Source: a virus
IMG/VR virus record: IMGVR_UViG_3300017917_002938
Span: 64,001-128,000 of that record
Reading direction: 5' to 3' (one strand)
Length of the DNA: 64,000 nucleotides
The position numbers and the translations under genes are program-made. The notes beneath the pieces were generated by a model. It searched no databases and was not told the origin of the DNA. It worked only from the letters and a program-made list of their open reading frames with translations. Every line of letters begins with the position of its first letter. Within the stretch, counting starts at the first letter, position 1. This document shows positions 35,915-48,018 of this stretch, piece by piece.

Positions 35915-36737
35915 GGCGTACCTTGATAAGTCTGATCAACATTTGTTCATCCTCTTCATCATACTCTTGCTCTATTTCTTGACATCTCTTAAGTGAGCTT
36001 TCACCTAGAGCTTTTGTTTCAGGATCCTTAGAATCAACCCCTATCCATCTTATACCGTCGCCCTTCTCTTTGCGCATACGTTCACAATACTCCGACCATC
36101 CGCTAGCATCATGTGGATCAGGACGATTGGGATATACTTCCTTCCACCATTTGTAAAGGGTAAGTATTTCCTCAGCATTTTTAGCTTGTGGTGTAAGTTC
36201 TCCTAGTGATGCAGAGTCTTCTCCTACCTCTTCTTCTTTCCAGCGAAGTTTTCTTTGCCACTCAAGGTTGGCTAGTCCAGCTTCAGGGCAACGCCATACT
36301 CTCCAGCGGAACCATCCTGACCCCCAGAAAGGAGCATTATATAGTTTCTTTTTTTCTGGACTCCAAACTATCTCCCACCATGCTAGTTCTACTTCTACAA
36401 ATTCTACTAGCTCATTGAATAAGCAAGGAAGAAAACGATTTCCTACATCGCGCCACTCACCAGGTTTAATATCCCGGGGATGAGCAGTAAGAGCGTGAGT
36501 GCGAGTGACCCAGCGATTATTTACATAGTATTTTACCGAGTAAATTTTATCAACGGGCCACCAAATAAAGTTCTGAATAGCATCAAGAGCTTCCTCGGCA
36601 ATCCAATATCTAACTGGATACGTTTTACTAGCCAGCCTCTGCCAACTATCCCATCCCTCGGAAGTTTCTGCTTTTGGTTTTGGAGTTCCACGAAGCCAGT
36701 CAGCAAACTTAGAACACGACCAATAATTACTGCGCAT
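35898..36737 (-). CDS. Trp-rich hypothetical phage protein
   Basis: ORF with SD GGAG and early promoter 36761-36789. Confidence 0.75.
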   Translation of the reverse strand: MRSNYWSCSKFADWLRGTPKPKAETSEGWDSWQRLASKTYPVRYWIAEEALDAIQNFIWWPVDKIYSVKYYVNNRWVTRTHALTAHPRDIKPGEWRDVGNRFLPCLFNELVEFVEVELAWWEIVWSPEKKKLYNAPFWGSGWFRWRVWRCPEAGLANLEWQRKLRWKEEEVGEDSASLGELTPQAKNAEEILTLYKWWKEVYPNRPDPHDASGWSEYCERMRKEKGDGIRWIGVDSKDPETKALGESSLKRCQEIEQEYDEEDEQMLIRLIKVRHALWT

Positions 36738-36791
36738 AAATTTCTCCGTTTAATGATTACATTATATCTATAACGAGAAATTAAATCAACA

Positions 36792-36819
36792 TAAAAAAAA
36801 CGCCCCGTACGGGGCGTTT
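36792..36819 (-). terminator. intrinsic terminator after pqqA
   Basis: AAACGCCCC-GTAC-GGGGCGTTT plus T-run. Confidence 0.85.
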
Positions 36820-36821
36820 GG

Positions 36822-36893
36822 TTAACGATTTGCGATATACATCGTAATCTCAAACCCAAATCTCATATCCACTGCTTCTGGCTTAGTCCACAT
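36822..36893 (-). CDS. pqqA: pyrroloquinoline quinone precursor peptide
   Basis: [23 protein letters not shown] with E-x3-Y; SD AAGGAG; not in ORF track. Confidence 0.92.
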   Translation of the reverse strand: MWTKPEAVDMRFGFEITMYIANR

Positions 36894-36983
36894 ACCGATC
36901 TCCTTTGTGAAAAACGTGTACAAAGGTACACGTAATATATTGCTTAGTTTAAGCGATAGTCACATACAGAAAATCATTAATTA

Positions 36984-37505
36984 CTAACTATTAAGGACTC
37001 GCGACACAGATGTAATGACTGCAGCAATACGACCAATATCACGGAGTTGTTCAACCGTGTAACCTTCCTTCTTGAGCGTGTCGTAGTGTGCCTTGACACA
37101 GAAATGACATTTACCTACAATCGAAGCAGACAGGCTATACGCTTCAAATTTTGCTTTAGTAGTACCACCGTGATTAGCAATCGCGTTCATTCGTAGTTGA
37201 GCGGGCAACCCTTTCAGGCTTTCATCCTCGGCCATTTCAACGTAAGGATACCAAACGTTATTTTGCGCCATGATACTAGCTGCAATCATTGCTGGGTCGT
37301 AATTTACTCCCTCAGCTCCTAGAATGGTACCAAGCCATCCTACCAACTTACCGTTACCTGTAGCAAATGCTGCTGCCATAGCACAAAGAGCGGCTTCCTC
37401 TTTATCCAAAGTGCTGCGTTTCAATACCGCATCTAAGTTAAGTTTAGTATCCTTGGCATACTCAGGGATACTATCCTTGAGTTGGTCTACCCAATCTAAA
37501 TTCAT
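36984..37505 (-). CDS. ahpD: alkyl hydroperoxide reductase AhpD
   Basis: YAKDTKLNL, MAQNN, CHFCVKAH. Confidence 0.9.
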   Translation of the reverse strand: MNLDWVDQLKDSIPEYAKDTKLNLDAVLKRSTLDKEEAALCAMAAAFATGNGKLVGWLGTILGAEGVNYDPAMIAASIMAQNNVWYPYVEMAEDESLKGLPAQLRMNAIANHGGTTKAKFEAYSLSASIVGKCHFCVKAHYDTLKKEGYTVEQLRDIGRIAAVITSVSRVLNS

Positions 37506-37915
37506 TTTGTTTGTTCTCCTAAAATCTTGTAACCTTTACCTGTAGGATGTATTCCATCACCACTCATATGACCTTTAGGGCGAGCAATAATTGTGTCTCC
37601 GTACTCTTGAGCAATGCGAGTAATTGCATCATGTGGAATAGGTTTACGGTCTTGCCCGGGGTCAATCCAAAACACACGCTCACCTTTGATGGAGGAACGC
37701 ATCTTCCTTAATTCACTTTCAGTCTTCACTCCCTTGTGGTCGTTTGCACCCAGACTGATGATCACGGTTCTTGCCGGTTGAGATGAGGCTTTGGGTAGGT
37801 AGTCTTTGTTCCACTGCCAACTGTTCCATCCACCTTTAGAGTAGCTTACACATTCAGGACGAGCCATCGACGTTCCTACTGCGATGCTGTCACCTATGAT
37901 CATACAGTCAATCAT
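37502..37915 (-). CDS. SGNH/GDSL-like hydrolase
   Basis: GDSI, LGAND, DGIHP. Confidence 0.8.
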   Translation of the reverse strand: MIDCMIIGDSIAVGTSMARPECVSYSKGGWNSWQWNKDYLPKASSQPARTVIISLGANDHKGVKTESELRKMRSSIKGERVFWIDPGQDRKPIPHDAITRIAQEYGDTIIARPKGHMSGDGIHPTGKGYKILGEQTK

Positions 37916-38457
37916 TAGAGAGTCTCCCCACCAACGACTCGGTTACATGCACAAAGTTCTCCAGTTTGCAATGCATCAAGTACGCGCAAAGTTTCTTCTG
38001 GAGAGCGACCTACGTTTAAATTGTTGACAGTTACATGTTGAATAACGTTATCAGGATCTACAATAAATGTAGCGCGCAATGCTGCACCAGCAGGGGCATA
38101 GAATACGCCAAGCTGGTCAATCAATGATTTGTCCCATTCACGAGATGTGTCGGCAAACTGAATATGCTTGATCTTAGCCAAATCAGGGTGTGCTTTCTGC
38201 CATGCTAGTTTACAGAACTCATTATCTGTTGAACCTGTTAGCAGAACTGCATCACGGTCTGCAAAGTCCTGGAATAGTTTATCATATGCAACTATCTCGG
38301 TTGGACATACGAATGTGAAATCTTTTGGATAGTAAACGATTACTTTCCATTTACCTTCAAACGATTCTTCTGTGATGTCAAAAAACGCATCTTCTGGTTG
38401 ACCAGGTTTAACTCCCGTGATAGCGAACGGGTGTAGTTTATCTCCTACTGTAAGCAT
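37915..38457 (-). CDS. ahpC: peroxiredoxin
   Basis: YPKDFTFVCPTE, GELCACN. Confidence 0.93.
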   Translation of the reverse strand: MLTVGDKLHPFAITGVKPGQPEDAFFDITEESFEGKWKVIVYYPKDFTFVCPTEIVAYDKLFQDFADRDAVLLTGSTDNEFCKLAWQKAHPDLAKIKHIQFADTSREWDKSLIDQLGVFYAPAGAALRATFIVDPDNVIQHVTVNNLNVGRSPEETLRVLDALQTGELCACNRVVGGETL

Positions 38458-38511
38458 ATTTTCTCCTAAGTGAAAGTAAAAAGAGTGCCTGAAGCACTCT
38501 TACATTGTATG

Positions 38512-38589
38512 ATTATCTATAATTGAAAACCAGAATACAATTGAATATTTCTATTGAATGTTTCTATAACGATGATCGATTTTATTAAT
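38512..38589 (-). promoter_or_regulatory. OxyR-like operator plus promoter of ahpC
   Basis: ATTA-N7-CGAT-N7-ATAG-N7-CAAT, then ATAG-N7-CAAT, then TTGTAT-17-GATAAT. Confidence 0.6.
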
Positions 38590-39067
38590 CATCCTTAGGT
38601 GCTTCTACATACTTACGTTCGGGGGCGTATGGGAAGTTAACTTCTACTCTTGAATCGCGGCTGGTGAAATAACTCTTATATTTTTCACCTGTCTCCTCAT
38701 CTGTATGCCAATCGTAGAACACTACTCCATCGATATCATAAGCGCCCGATTCATCTTTGAAGACATGGGAACAGCGTTTGTTCTGCCATAACTTACCCCC
38801 ATCTCGTCCACCCCTATCACTTACATCTGTCCATTCCCAGTCTTCACCAGTCAATGGTACAATAGGTTTGAACATAGCCAATTGTTGAAACATATTAATG
38901 GCATATGGTGCAGTTGAACCAGAATGTCCTTCACCACTAAACACTTCTAATAATTTTAGAACATGATTACAGATTGCTTCCTGCATATCATCATCGTATT
39001 TTCCATTCTCGTCTACCCAACCAGCGGCACGGAATTCTTCTTTAGCGTGATTCAATAAGTTACTCAT
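38585..39067 (-). CDS. hypothetical phage protein
   Basis: EGHSGS, PLTGEDWEW, QNKR. Confidence 0.75.
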   Translation of the reverse strand: MSNLLNHAKEEFRAAGWVDENGKYDDDMQEAICNHVLKLLEVFSGEGHSGSTAPYAINMFQQLAMFKPIVPLTGEDWEWTDVSDRGGRDGGKLWQNKRCSHVFKDESGAYDIDGVVFYDWHTDEETGEKYKSYFTSRDSRVEVNFPYAPERKYVEAPKDD

Positions 39068-39219
39068 TATGTTCTCTCCACATCTTGATTGCTTTTTTCA
39101 ACTCATCCATCTGTTCAAGTCGAATATGATCCATGATACCCCATTCATCTTTGTTCTTCGACATATCCCAAAGTTTATCATGGTGTTTCTGTAATACATC
39201 AATTACTACATCATAATCT

Positions 39220-41852
39220 TCACTCACTTGGCACTCCTACTTTTGGACCAACAAGTGAATTACCCCATTGGTCTGTTTCCACTGCCCAATGTACCACGAT
39301 CCAATCATCTAGTGCAGCCTGGTCTGTCATTAAATGGGCTTTATCGGCTTGACACATCATCATAACCCAATTGCGATACCATGCACTTCTCAGTATCTGT
39401 TCTTCAGACCAAGTCTCTACAACATGCTGATCTTCTTCACCAGGGAAAGATATAGTCCAGTATTTCATTTATCTTTTTCGGTAAGAAATGTACTGTGCGT
39501 ATTTTGAACGAGTGGGCTTGTGTTTGAAGCTGACTCCACCTTTGGAGGACAATAGAAACACATATGTGTTGTAGGTGCATATACGCGATTACAAAGTGGG
39601 CATTGCCAGCCTTGTTGTGGGGTATTAAACATCATCTTCTTCTCCGTACCCAATTTCATCCAAAGCTTTGTCAAACTCATGATCTAGCCCTCTACATTCA
39701 CAAACAGTATCACAATCATGACTTTCGAAATGATCGATATACAACTTATATAACTCTTTTCGATACTTTTTAGGAACGGCTTTCTGGGTAGAAAGAATAA
39801 CATCCCTTAACAGATCAGAACCTGATGCCCATCCCATTTTATACTCCAAACATTCTTTTCAGTTGTTCGATATGCAAAGATCTCAAATTGGATTCAATCT
39901 CAACATTAGCGGCTTCTCTAACACATTCTTCAATGTCAATCTGACCACCAACGATTGCCGCTGTCACCAGCAGCCTCATCTCATCAAGATGTAAATCAAA
40001 CTTTTTGGTTTCTTTATTGTGTTCAATGGTATAATCCATTCCTTCACCGTTCCACCATTCAGAAAAATGAACAGAGACGGGGCCGTGTAGGCTGCTATCC
40101 TCAATTATACCGACTGTCCCGGTCTTCCTGACGTTTGCAAATTTCTTTTGCTGATTCAAATCCATAATCAAATGTCTCCTTAATAAGTTGTTCAAATTCT
40201 TGAGGGGAAAAGCAGTAGGTTGAAATAGAATATTCTTTACCCATAAGCTCGGGGCGGTCTCTTTGAGATAGGAGTACCAACTTTGGTTTATCAATAATAG
40301 CCTGTGCTATAGCTTGTCTTAAACCATCGGTGATCATATGATGTACATCTACATCATTTTTAATATCTAGTATGCTACTGACTATTGTCTTGCATTCTAG
40401 CCTACAATCTACTTTTTTACCTTTGAGGTACTTTACCAACATATCATTCACTGTTCTTCCCCTTATAATTACCTAGTAGTAAGACAGTGAGTAAGAACCA
40501 CCAAGGAGACCAGTCCCACATCTGTACCATATACGCAGTACCGGCTAGTAGGGAGAGATTATAGACGGCGACGATAATTATTGCTATTAATTTTATCATA
40601 TTCATCTTGACTGTCCCTATCAATTTTTCTCAAACCGGAAAACAAAAAAATGAAGCCGGTTACCAATACTGTCAACCATTGATACGGTGCTAACATTTCA
40701 TCGTAGGTTCCGTAGAAGATAATGATCAACCCTATCCATAGTCTGATCATTTGATGGCTCTCACCCTATCAATTACTTCATTGGCAAGAGTATAATCACC
40801 ACTCAACTCTACCGCTTGATCGATCAAATCAAGTCTGTAACATCTAAGCAATTCCATAGCATATTCCCTATCATCAGAAGAAATCGTATCCCACCATTCG
40901 TCAAGATCCTTTTTCTTAAGGTTCAATATGAAGTTGAGGTTGTTCAGATCATACTCATCCATATTAACTCCCTCCGCCGGCGTATGCGTGATGAAGTACG
41001 TAATTGATCACTTCTTTTTGTCCTCTTTCTCCACTGATCCACAGATCAATAGGGCGTTGGAACTTGAAGGAAGCGTTAGGACTATCCCACCATTTAGAAA
41101 CAAAATCTTCTGATCCTAGCATGGCCAGAAGGTGTTTATCCACGATATGTTTGTACATCCCAATACTCCTCTAATAACTGTGCACCATATACACAGTTAT
41201 TTTCTTTTAAATATTCTATAGATTCTTCTATGGACTTATGTACAGCTTCAGGGACCTGATCACGGGTGCGCATCCATTTACCATCGATAGATTTTTCGGC
41301 CTGTTCAACCAGATCGGCAATTTGCCTCTTACGCCACCCACTCATAACGCTCTCCCTGTCTTAATGTAGAGGTATTCATCCAGTTCTTGATCGAAAGGTT
41401 TACCTTGACGGCGTAGGTGGAAGATCTTATCAATCAGGCTCTCCGAATCACCGTATGTCGGATGAAACAGATCCCGCTTTTGACACTCTTCAATCAATTC
41501 TTGATCGGAGGTGTTTTCTAGAAAATCATAACCACGACATTGAAGCTCATCGATCAAATCATCTTCATCGAAGTCTTCCAGATCTACATCTACATCTACA
41601 CTTTTACGAACCATATAACATCTCCTGAATTCGTCTCTTGGCCTCAGTAATAGACTTACATACCACGTTATTAACAGCTATCTTGTTATGGGCGGCAATC
41701 GCTACCTCATACTCATCGGTAGATAGATTATAAACTTTTTTATTATTTACTACAACTTTATCATAGGTAGGACGTTGACCGGTCGCAAAGAAGAGTGTAT
41801 CGGATAATTCCTCGCGAGCGGTCATCATCAGAAACGCATTATTGGCCTGCAT
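39220..41852 (-). CDS. run of small translationally coupled hypothetical ORFs (39220-39468, 39625-39849, 39839-40165, 40101-40451, 40559-40750, 40747-40962, 40964-41158, 41136-41345, 41342-41614, 41604-41852 and others)
   Basis: Overlapping start/stop codons and SD motifs on - strand; no recognisable function. Confidence 0.6.
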
Positions 41853-42064
41853 TCAACGCCTCCTGGTACTTAGTCGAGTGGCAGTACTTAAAGAGCATGA
41901 CGTGGTATTTGAACTGTTTGGGGTGGTGTTCAAAACTGGGAAGGTTATCTCCCCAAATCTCTACCATTGCCTGGTACAGGTTCATGATTTGTTTTTCCGT
42001 CATACTGAAAAAGGGGAGTATACTTTAGATGCAAGGGCCCCGCAGGGGCCCCCCCGCCGCCGGC

Positions 42065-42541
42065 TCAGGCCAACTCTTTGCACTTGTTGAAGTAGATGGT
42101 AGCGTTGTTCTTAGACACCACCAAACTGGCCATGATAGACTGAATGCACTCCAGACGGACTTCCTTGGAGAATTCAGTTTGACCGAACCCTTTGTAGATG
42201 TCCAATGCTTTCGAAAGCTTGGAGGTGGTGCGAGGCAGTTTAGCCACTTTCACACCGACCACATCGGTCTTCATGCGAGCCATTTTCTTACCTTTGGCAG
42301 GTTTGGTAGTAGCTTGAACTTCTTGACTAGTATTTTCCATAACAGATTTCCTTTTCACTTTTTTACTAGGTTTAAGCAAGTCCTCGGCCGTACAATACGG
42401 AACGATTACTTGACGATAACAAACGGCGTAGGTGCCGTCTGGTCTACTGACGAATTCGCTTTTATACGAACGCATCAATCCTTGGGCCTTCAGATCCTGA
42501 TCGTACTGATCGGTCATCGGTATCTTCTTCATTCTGGCCAT
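42065..42541 (-). CDS. early protein with C-terminal HTH-like domain
   Basis: SD AAGGA, promoter 42574-42602; C-terminus paralogous to 4612-5121. Confidence 0.7.
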   Translation of the reverse strand: MARMKKIPMTDQYDQDLKAQGLMRSYKSEFVSRPDGTYAVCYRQVIVPYCTAEDLLKPSKKVKRKSVMENTSQEVQATTKPAKGKKMARMKTDVVGVKVAKLPRTTSKLSKALDIYKGFGQTEFSKEVRLECIQSIMASLVVSKNNATIYFNKCKELA

Positions 42542-42659
42542 TTCAACATCCTTTTCTCATTCACTATACATTAATTATAGCGACATGTCGAAATTAAATC
42601 CACTGTTTTTTCATTGAAAAACACCCACGGATTCTGTAGTGTCTGAGGTTATTGAAACG

Positions 42660-44995
42660 TTAATTACCCGAGTTTTGGAGAAATTCCCCTCTGACACCGC
42701 ACATTCCGGCGATGATCGTACGTATATCAGAATCTCCTTCATTCCAAAGAGGGCGCTTGGCGATGACGTTGCCGTACCGTTCCACTGAATCCAGGTATCG
42801 TTGATCAAATATTTTACCGATAGTATCGAACATCAGAAGGCGTTCTTCTTCGGTGAGATTGGCCATGGCAATGGCTTCCATGATTTTTGACTTATTCTCC
42901 CGACCGGTCGTCCATACTCGGTGGTCATCGGAATATTCATAGAAGTGATCAAAGTTGATGATAGCGTTAATCAGGTATTGGAGTTGTTGTAGTGTTCTCA
43001 TTTAAACCTCTCGCAAAAGAATACAATGGTCATAAAGTTCTAGAAGATCAACGTCAGATAGATCCTCCACCTCTTGGGGAGTCATGGAATATTCAGCCAT
43101 CAACATATCTTCATCTAACGCAAAGAATATGTATTCGACTAAAAGTTCCCGAAGGGAGAGTTCAGTCTTTACCATATCAGTACCAAGTCCTATGTTCTTC
43201 AGCCACATGTTCGCGTCCATCATACTCATCAATGTACCACTTAACATCATCTGGAATCTCTACAACAGCAAGTTCAGCAGCTACTCCATCAGCTTCACTA
43301 CCCATCTCTTCAACTACTTGAACCAATGCTGGATCATGTCGTTCGATATCTCGTTCATAAAAACTCTGCGCAGAATACAACTTATTGTAAGCAACACGCT
43401 CTTCTCTAGACATGGCGCGCCATGCATCACCTTCTTTAGATTCAATGCGATCTTCTGGCTTAACTAGCCAGTAAGTCCAAAACTTCCAGTTACGGTTATT
43501 CTGTTCTGGGTATACAGTGATACCTTTGATCTCGAAGTATCGCATAACAGCTTCATGACTCAAACCAAAGCCACCAAAGCATCTATTAATTACTACTTTC
43601 ATTCTTTAACTCCGAAACGTTCCTTGATATCATCAATTAATATACTCAGCCCATAATCTGATGCTTCACCACGCCTACAGTTTGAATACTCAAGCGCATC
43701 GATGAATTCATTTAGCAACAACTCGGCAAATTTTTCTACTTCTGATCCCAATAGGACGTTTGCCGATTCGTAGATGTCTTGGGATTTCAGAGCCTCTGCT
43801 GGCCTGCATGATCTGTAGATTTCAGTTAGTCGTTCGTTCATTATCGTTCTCTGAATAATGGCATACTGTCAGTCATGTGTCTAATATACACCAAGTCAGG
43901 GAAAGTATCAAGGGAACCTCTATGGCTTTTGATTTTAATGTGATGTTCAACCAAGTCTTTGGCGATAGTCTCAATCCCATAGAAAAACATTTCTGTGGCG
44001 CCTTGTTCTATTTGTTTTGCAAAGTGTTCTTTCATACGTTCGTTCATCTCAACTCCGGCTCTTTATCATAGCATGTCAAACACACCGCATCGTACTTTGG
44101 ACCCATACAGTGGTAGATGGCACCGTTGCAATACTTACACAAAATAAATGCATGGGTCACAATGGATCCTTTTGGTGGTGCATACAGTTTATAGAACCCC
44201 TCTTCTCTTTCTACGTAACCAATATGTTCACGTATTAGTTCGTTCATTCTGGTAATACTCTTCTTGCAGGAATATGGGGCCATTTATTTCATGGAAAATC
44301 TCCAGCACCTCATCAAACTTCAATCCATGGCGATGGGAAACCAATCGAAGTTGCTCCATGATCTGGGTATAGGTTTGATTGGTGGAGACTTGGCGAACTT
44401 CTTCTTCAATACCCATGTAAAAGTCCTTCAATTTACCCATGATCTACTCCTGCCTTGACATCCATGTCGTGATAGATTTCCCAGACGTAGTCGGTACCGA
44501 TTTGGTATTCAGAGGCAATCTCGTTGAATACTTCTAGCATTTCGTCAAAGGTCTCAAAACCCTTGGCTACCTCTTCGGCGACAGCCTCTCGTACATCCAT
44601 GATTACTCGCTTGTAATATGCCATTATGCTATCTCCTTTGGCACTAAATCACCGTCAATCGTAATACGGGGTTCGGGGAATTGAACAAACCCTTCGTACT
44701 CCATCTGGCTTTGTTCGAACTCAGATACCCATCCGTTATCCTCGATCGAATACCCCAGGATGTATTCCCGGCAGTACTCGTTGTTTCGTTCGATCTTGGG
44801 ACCGATGATGTTATCCACGATATCGCGGATCTTCTTATCGAAGAACTCATCGGTAGGACGGACGGAGTATTCCACGTCTTCAACCACGTACGAAGAACCA
44901 CCCTTCATCTTCCAATACTGGGGGCACTCACCTTTGCCATCCCAATCGTGGGCACCGTAGTTTTCCATGTATTGGGTATTAATAACTAATTTCAT
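42660..44995 (-). CDS. run of small early hypothetical ORFs (42660-43001, 43002-~43177, 43177-43602, 43599-43841, 43841-44047, 44044-~44247, 44228-44440, 44433-44624, 44624-44995)
   Basis: Coupled ORFs; 43177-43602 has the KVVINRCFGGFGLS phage family motif. Confidence 0.65.
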
Positions 44996-45000
44996 ACCGT

Positions 45001-45054
45001 TCCTTTCTCATTCATCATAATACAATTATAGAGAAATGTCGAAATTAAATCAAC
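45001..45054 (-). repeat. early promoter-leader-SD cassette (representative copy)
   Basis: GTTGATTTAATTTCGACAT-n-TATAATT-n-ATGATGAATGAGAAAGGA; similar copies near 42550, 45655, 46028, 46924, 47721, 48250, 50437. Confidence 0.85.
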
Positions 45055-45222
45055 AGGTTTTTTCGCCATGGAGACACTCATGGATAAGAGAGTTCACGAA
45101 ATCACAATACTCTTGATCCAGTAAGGCCAAATACTCCTCTTCTTGACGAAGTTCTAACATGTAGTTGTAGAACTCGTATCCGGAGTCTTCTTCACACTGA
45201 ATTTGATCAAATGAGTCCATGA

Positions 45223-47714
45223 TTAAGATCCCATAGAGACTTCGAACTTACCGTTACGGCGGTAGAAACGTTCGATGAAATTACCCCAGTATCCGGCCTT
45301 CTCTACAATCTCACCAATGGATACTTTAGCCTGGGGAATATTGAATTTACCGTCTTTGACTTCTACGGTGGTAGAGAACCCATCATACCATACCTCATGG
45401 ATGCCATCGTGCATCATGCGGACTTGATTGTGGGGGGAGCCTTTGCAGTCCATATCGAAGAAGATAGCAGCATCCATTTCCTGCCAATCATCGTAATCGC
45501 CGGAAGTATCTTTGTAGATTGACCAAACCATCTGCATTTGATTATCTCCTTAGATGAAGCAAATTGCGATCATGAAAACCGCAAAAGCCGCACAACACAA
45601 CACTTCTTCTACTTTCTCGCGAAACGTCAGATCTTTGAATTCCATTTCATCACCTTTCTTAATCATCATACCTTAATTATAAGGATATGTCGAAATTAAA
45701 TCAACTGTTTATAAAGTAATAAGAAATAGTTACTTTTACGGTTGTTCGGTGTAAGGGATTCGAACGATGAGAGACTGAAGGAAAACCATTCTACCCCAGA
45801 CACGGGCAGGTATAGTTTTGATTGAAAAGTCGTTAACGCCGGATTTAATCAAAGTCTGGCGGATGTCCATGATTAGATCGTGAGCGCTATCGCGTGAGTA
45901 GCACTTGACCGTGCGGCATTTTTCGTACCGGTTGGTGTAAATCATGTAACTCGGTTTACCGTACTGGCGCATGACCGAACGTACGATTTGGGTAGGGCGA
46001 ATACAATCTTTGATTTCCATAATATCATCCTTTCTCATTCATCATACGTTCATTATAGAGAAACTCGGAAATTAAATCCACGGTTACTATTTTAATAACC
46101 CTTGGATCTAGCGGCTTTTCCGGCCGCTATGATACCCAGGAGGCAGCGCTGGGGGATGATGAGTCCACAGATGATGATGAGAAAGCCCAGCGCTGCCAAA
46201 ACCAGACGTAGCCATACGTTATACAATACAACCTTGATCCACTTCATTAATTGATCCTAATTCTTTTGAAATCGTGTTTACTACTACCCATACGGCGGTC
46301 ATCACCGCGGCTGGGTTATCGGAGGCGTTGGCCACCTTAACAGCATAATCAAACGCCTCCGACAGTGTCTCGCGGTCGGCAAACAACGAGCTCTTGATTT
46401 GTTTTCGGTATTCGTCTAAACTCATTTTGTTAGGTTCCCAATTCATTCTACCAGCGCCCCCTCAAATTGTTCGTACATCTGAATGAAATCTTTGCATTGG
46501 GTGTACATATGGTGAAAGGCTCGGAGTTCGTACTCATTCATATCCATTTCACCATGGCCAAAGCAAAACTGTTCCATCTTATCCAGGCATTGGCCCAGAT
46601 CACCGGAGGTGTTCTCAAACACACAATATGACATGGAAGGCATTATTCTACATCCTTTAGAGTAACGGGGTTCAACAACTGCTTGACCATCCACTCGAAC
46701 ACTTTTTGACTCAATTCTGAATTCGATTCCATTACACCACCTCTTTCACTTGAAACAACTTTCTACCTTCGGCCATGAACATTCTGAATTCACGTCCAAC
46801 TTGTGTACCGCGATACTCTTCGAAGTTCTCATCAATGAACTGCATGGCTTCGAGGATTCCAAAGCCTTTCCAGGCCTGGCGGATACACTCTACTTCATTC
46901 ATCAGATTCTCGTACATTTGATTTCCTTTCTCATTCATCATAATACAATTATAAGGATATGTCGAAATTAAATCAACTGTTTTCTTCCACGGCTTCCTTG
47001 ATGCAATCCAGGCATTGGATGAGGCCGGAGAACATCTTGAAATTCCCCTTGATCTTGGACTGGCCGCACACCGGGCACAGCTGGCGTTCGCCCAAGTACC
47101 GTTGGGTGGAGTATTTGGATTGATAGAAGAACGTAGCCATTATGCGGTCTCCTCAATCAACCCCAGACACTCCAGCACTCGAATCTCGGCCATATAGTTC
47201 TTCCCACCGATGTGCCAGCGATGGAGCCCCATGGGTGTGGTATACTCTTTCCAATCGTAGATCGTGGCGATCGTACCGTCTTCAAACTCCAGGCACCATT
47301 CACAGGTGGTTTTATCGCCACCCAGAGAATCAGGTTCCCCGAACACCTCTACCAGGCGGTGGTAGTAGGTTTCCACGTAGCCGACTCGGCCGGTCATATT
47401 AGGGTTTGCGTCTTTGGTGAATTTCATACAATCTCCTTACCATCGGACGTTACCAGCACCATTTCTTCGCTTTCACGTCTATCCATCATTTCACTCAGAA
47501 TGAACTTCGCGCGATTGAGTTGCTTGCGAACGTACTCGTTAGAGTTAGGGGAAGGGATGGTTGGATTATTCATCTCGATCATCTCTTGGCAATCGGACAA
47601 GATACCCATCACCACCATTTCCAAACCGGAGAACTTAGCGGTAATGGATTCCATGTATTGTCTACGGATCTCAACTTCTGTCATACCGTAGCAGCGCTTT
47701 TCAAATTCAGTCAT
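45223..47714 (-). CDS. small early hypothetical ORFs (45223-45537, 45736-46020, 46219-46446, 46443-~46643, 46732-46917, 47140-47427, 47424-47714)
   Basis: Each unit starts after the GAGAAAGGA SD of a promoter cassette; 47140-47427 has EW..EF.DG..ATIYDWK. Confidence 0.65.
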
Positions 47715-47780
47715 TTCATTTCCTTTCTCATTCATCATAAGAATAATTATAGAGAAATGACGAAATTAAATCAACCGCTT

Positions 47781-48017
47781 TTTTCCTCACAGAATCCGTG
47801 GGGTCTCCAATACCTTACTGAGCCGTATGGGTATTGGAGGGGAAAAGGTGCCTGTTTTTAGATCATGCCCAGGCTCGATCCTGCTCTTAAACACCGGACG
47901 GATTTGGCAGCCGTTACCGTCCTACTATGGGGCGCCTTTTGGTCCTTTAATACCGAGGTGGATCTCACGTAAGAGATAAGCCACCGATACCCCGTACTCC
48001 AACCCCTCCCGGGGTGT
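47781..48017 (-). ncRNA. possible GC-rich structured RNA in early region
   Basis: Six or seven consecutive hairpins, no - strand ORF. Confidence 0.45.
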
Positions 48018-48018
48018 C

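Noticed and set aside
41795-47861. Long + strand ORFs in the early region (e.g. 42029-42574, 43084-43467, 47212-47691)
   Set aside because: Antisense shadows of - strand genes that have promoters and SD sequences.
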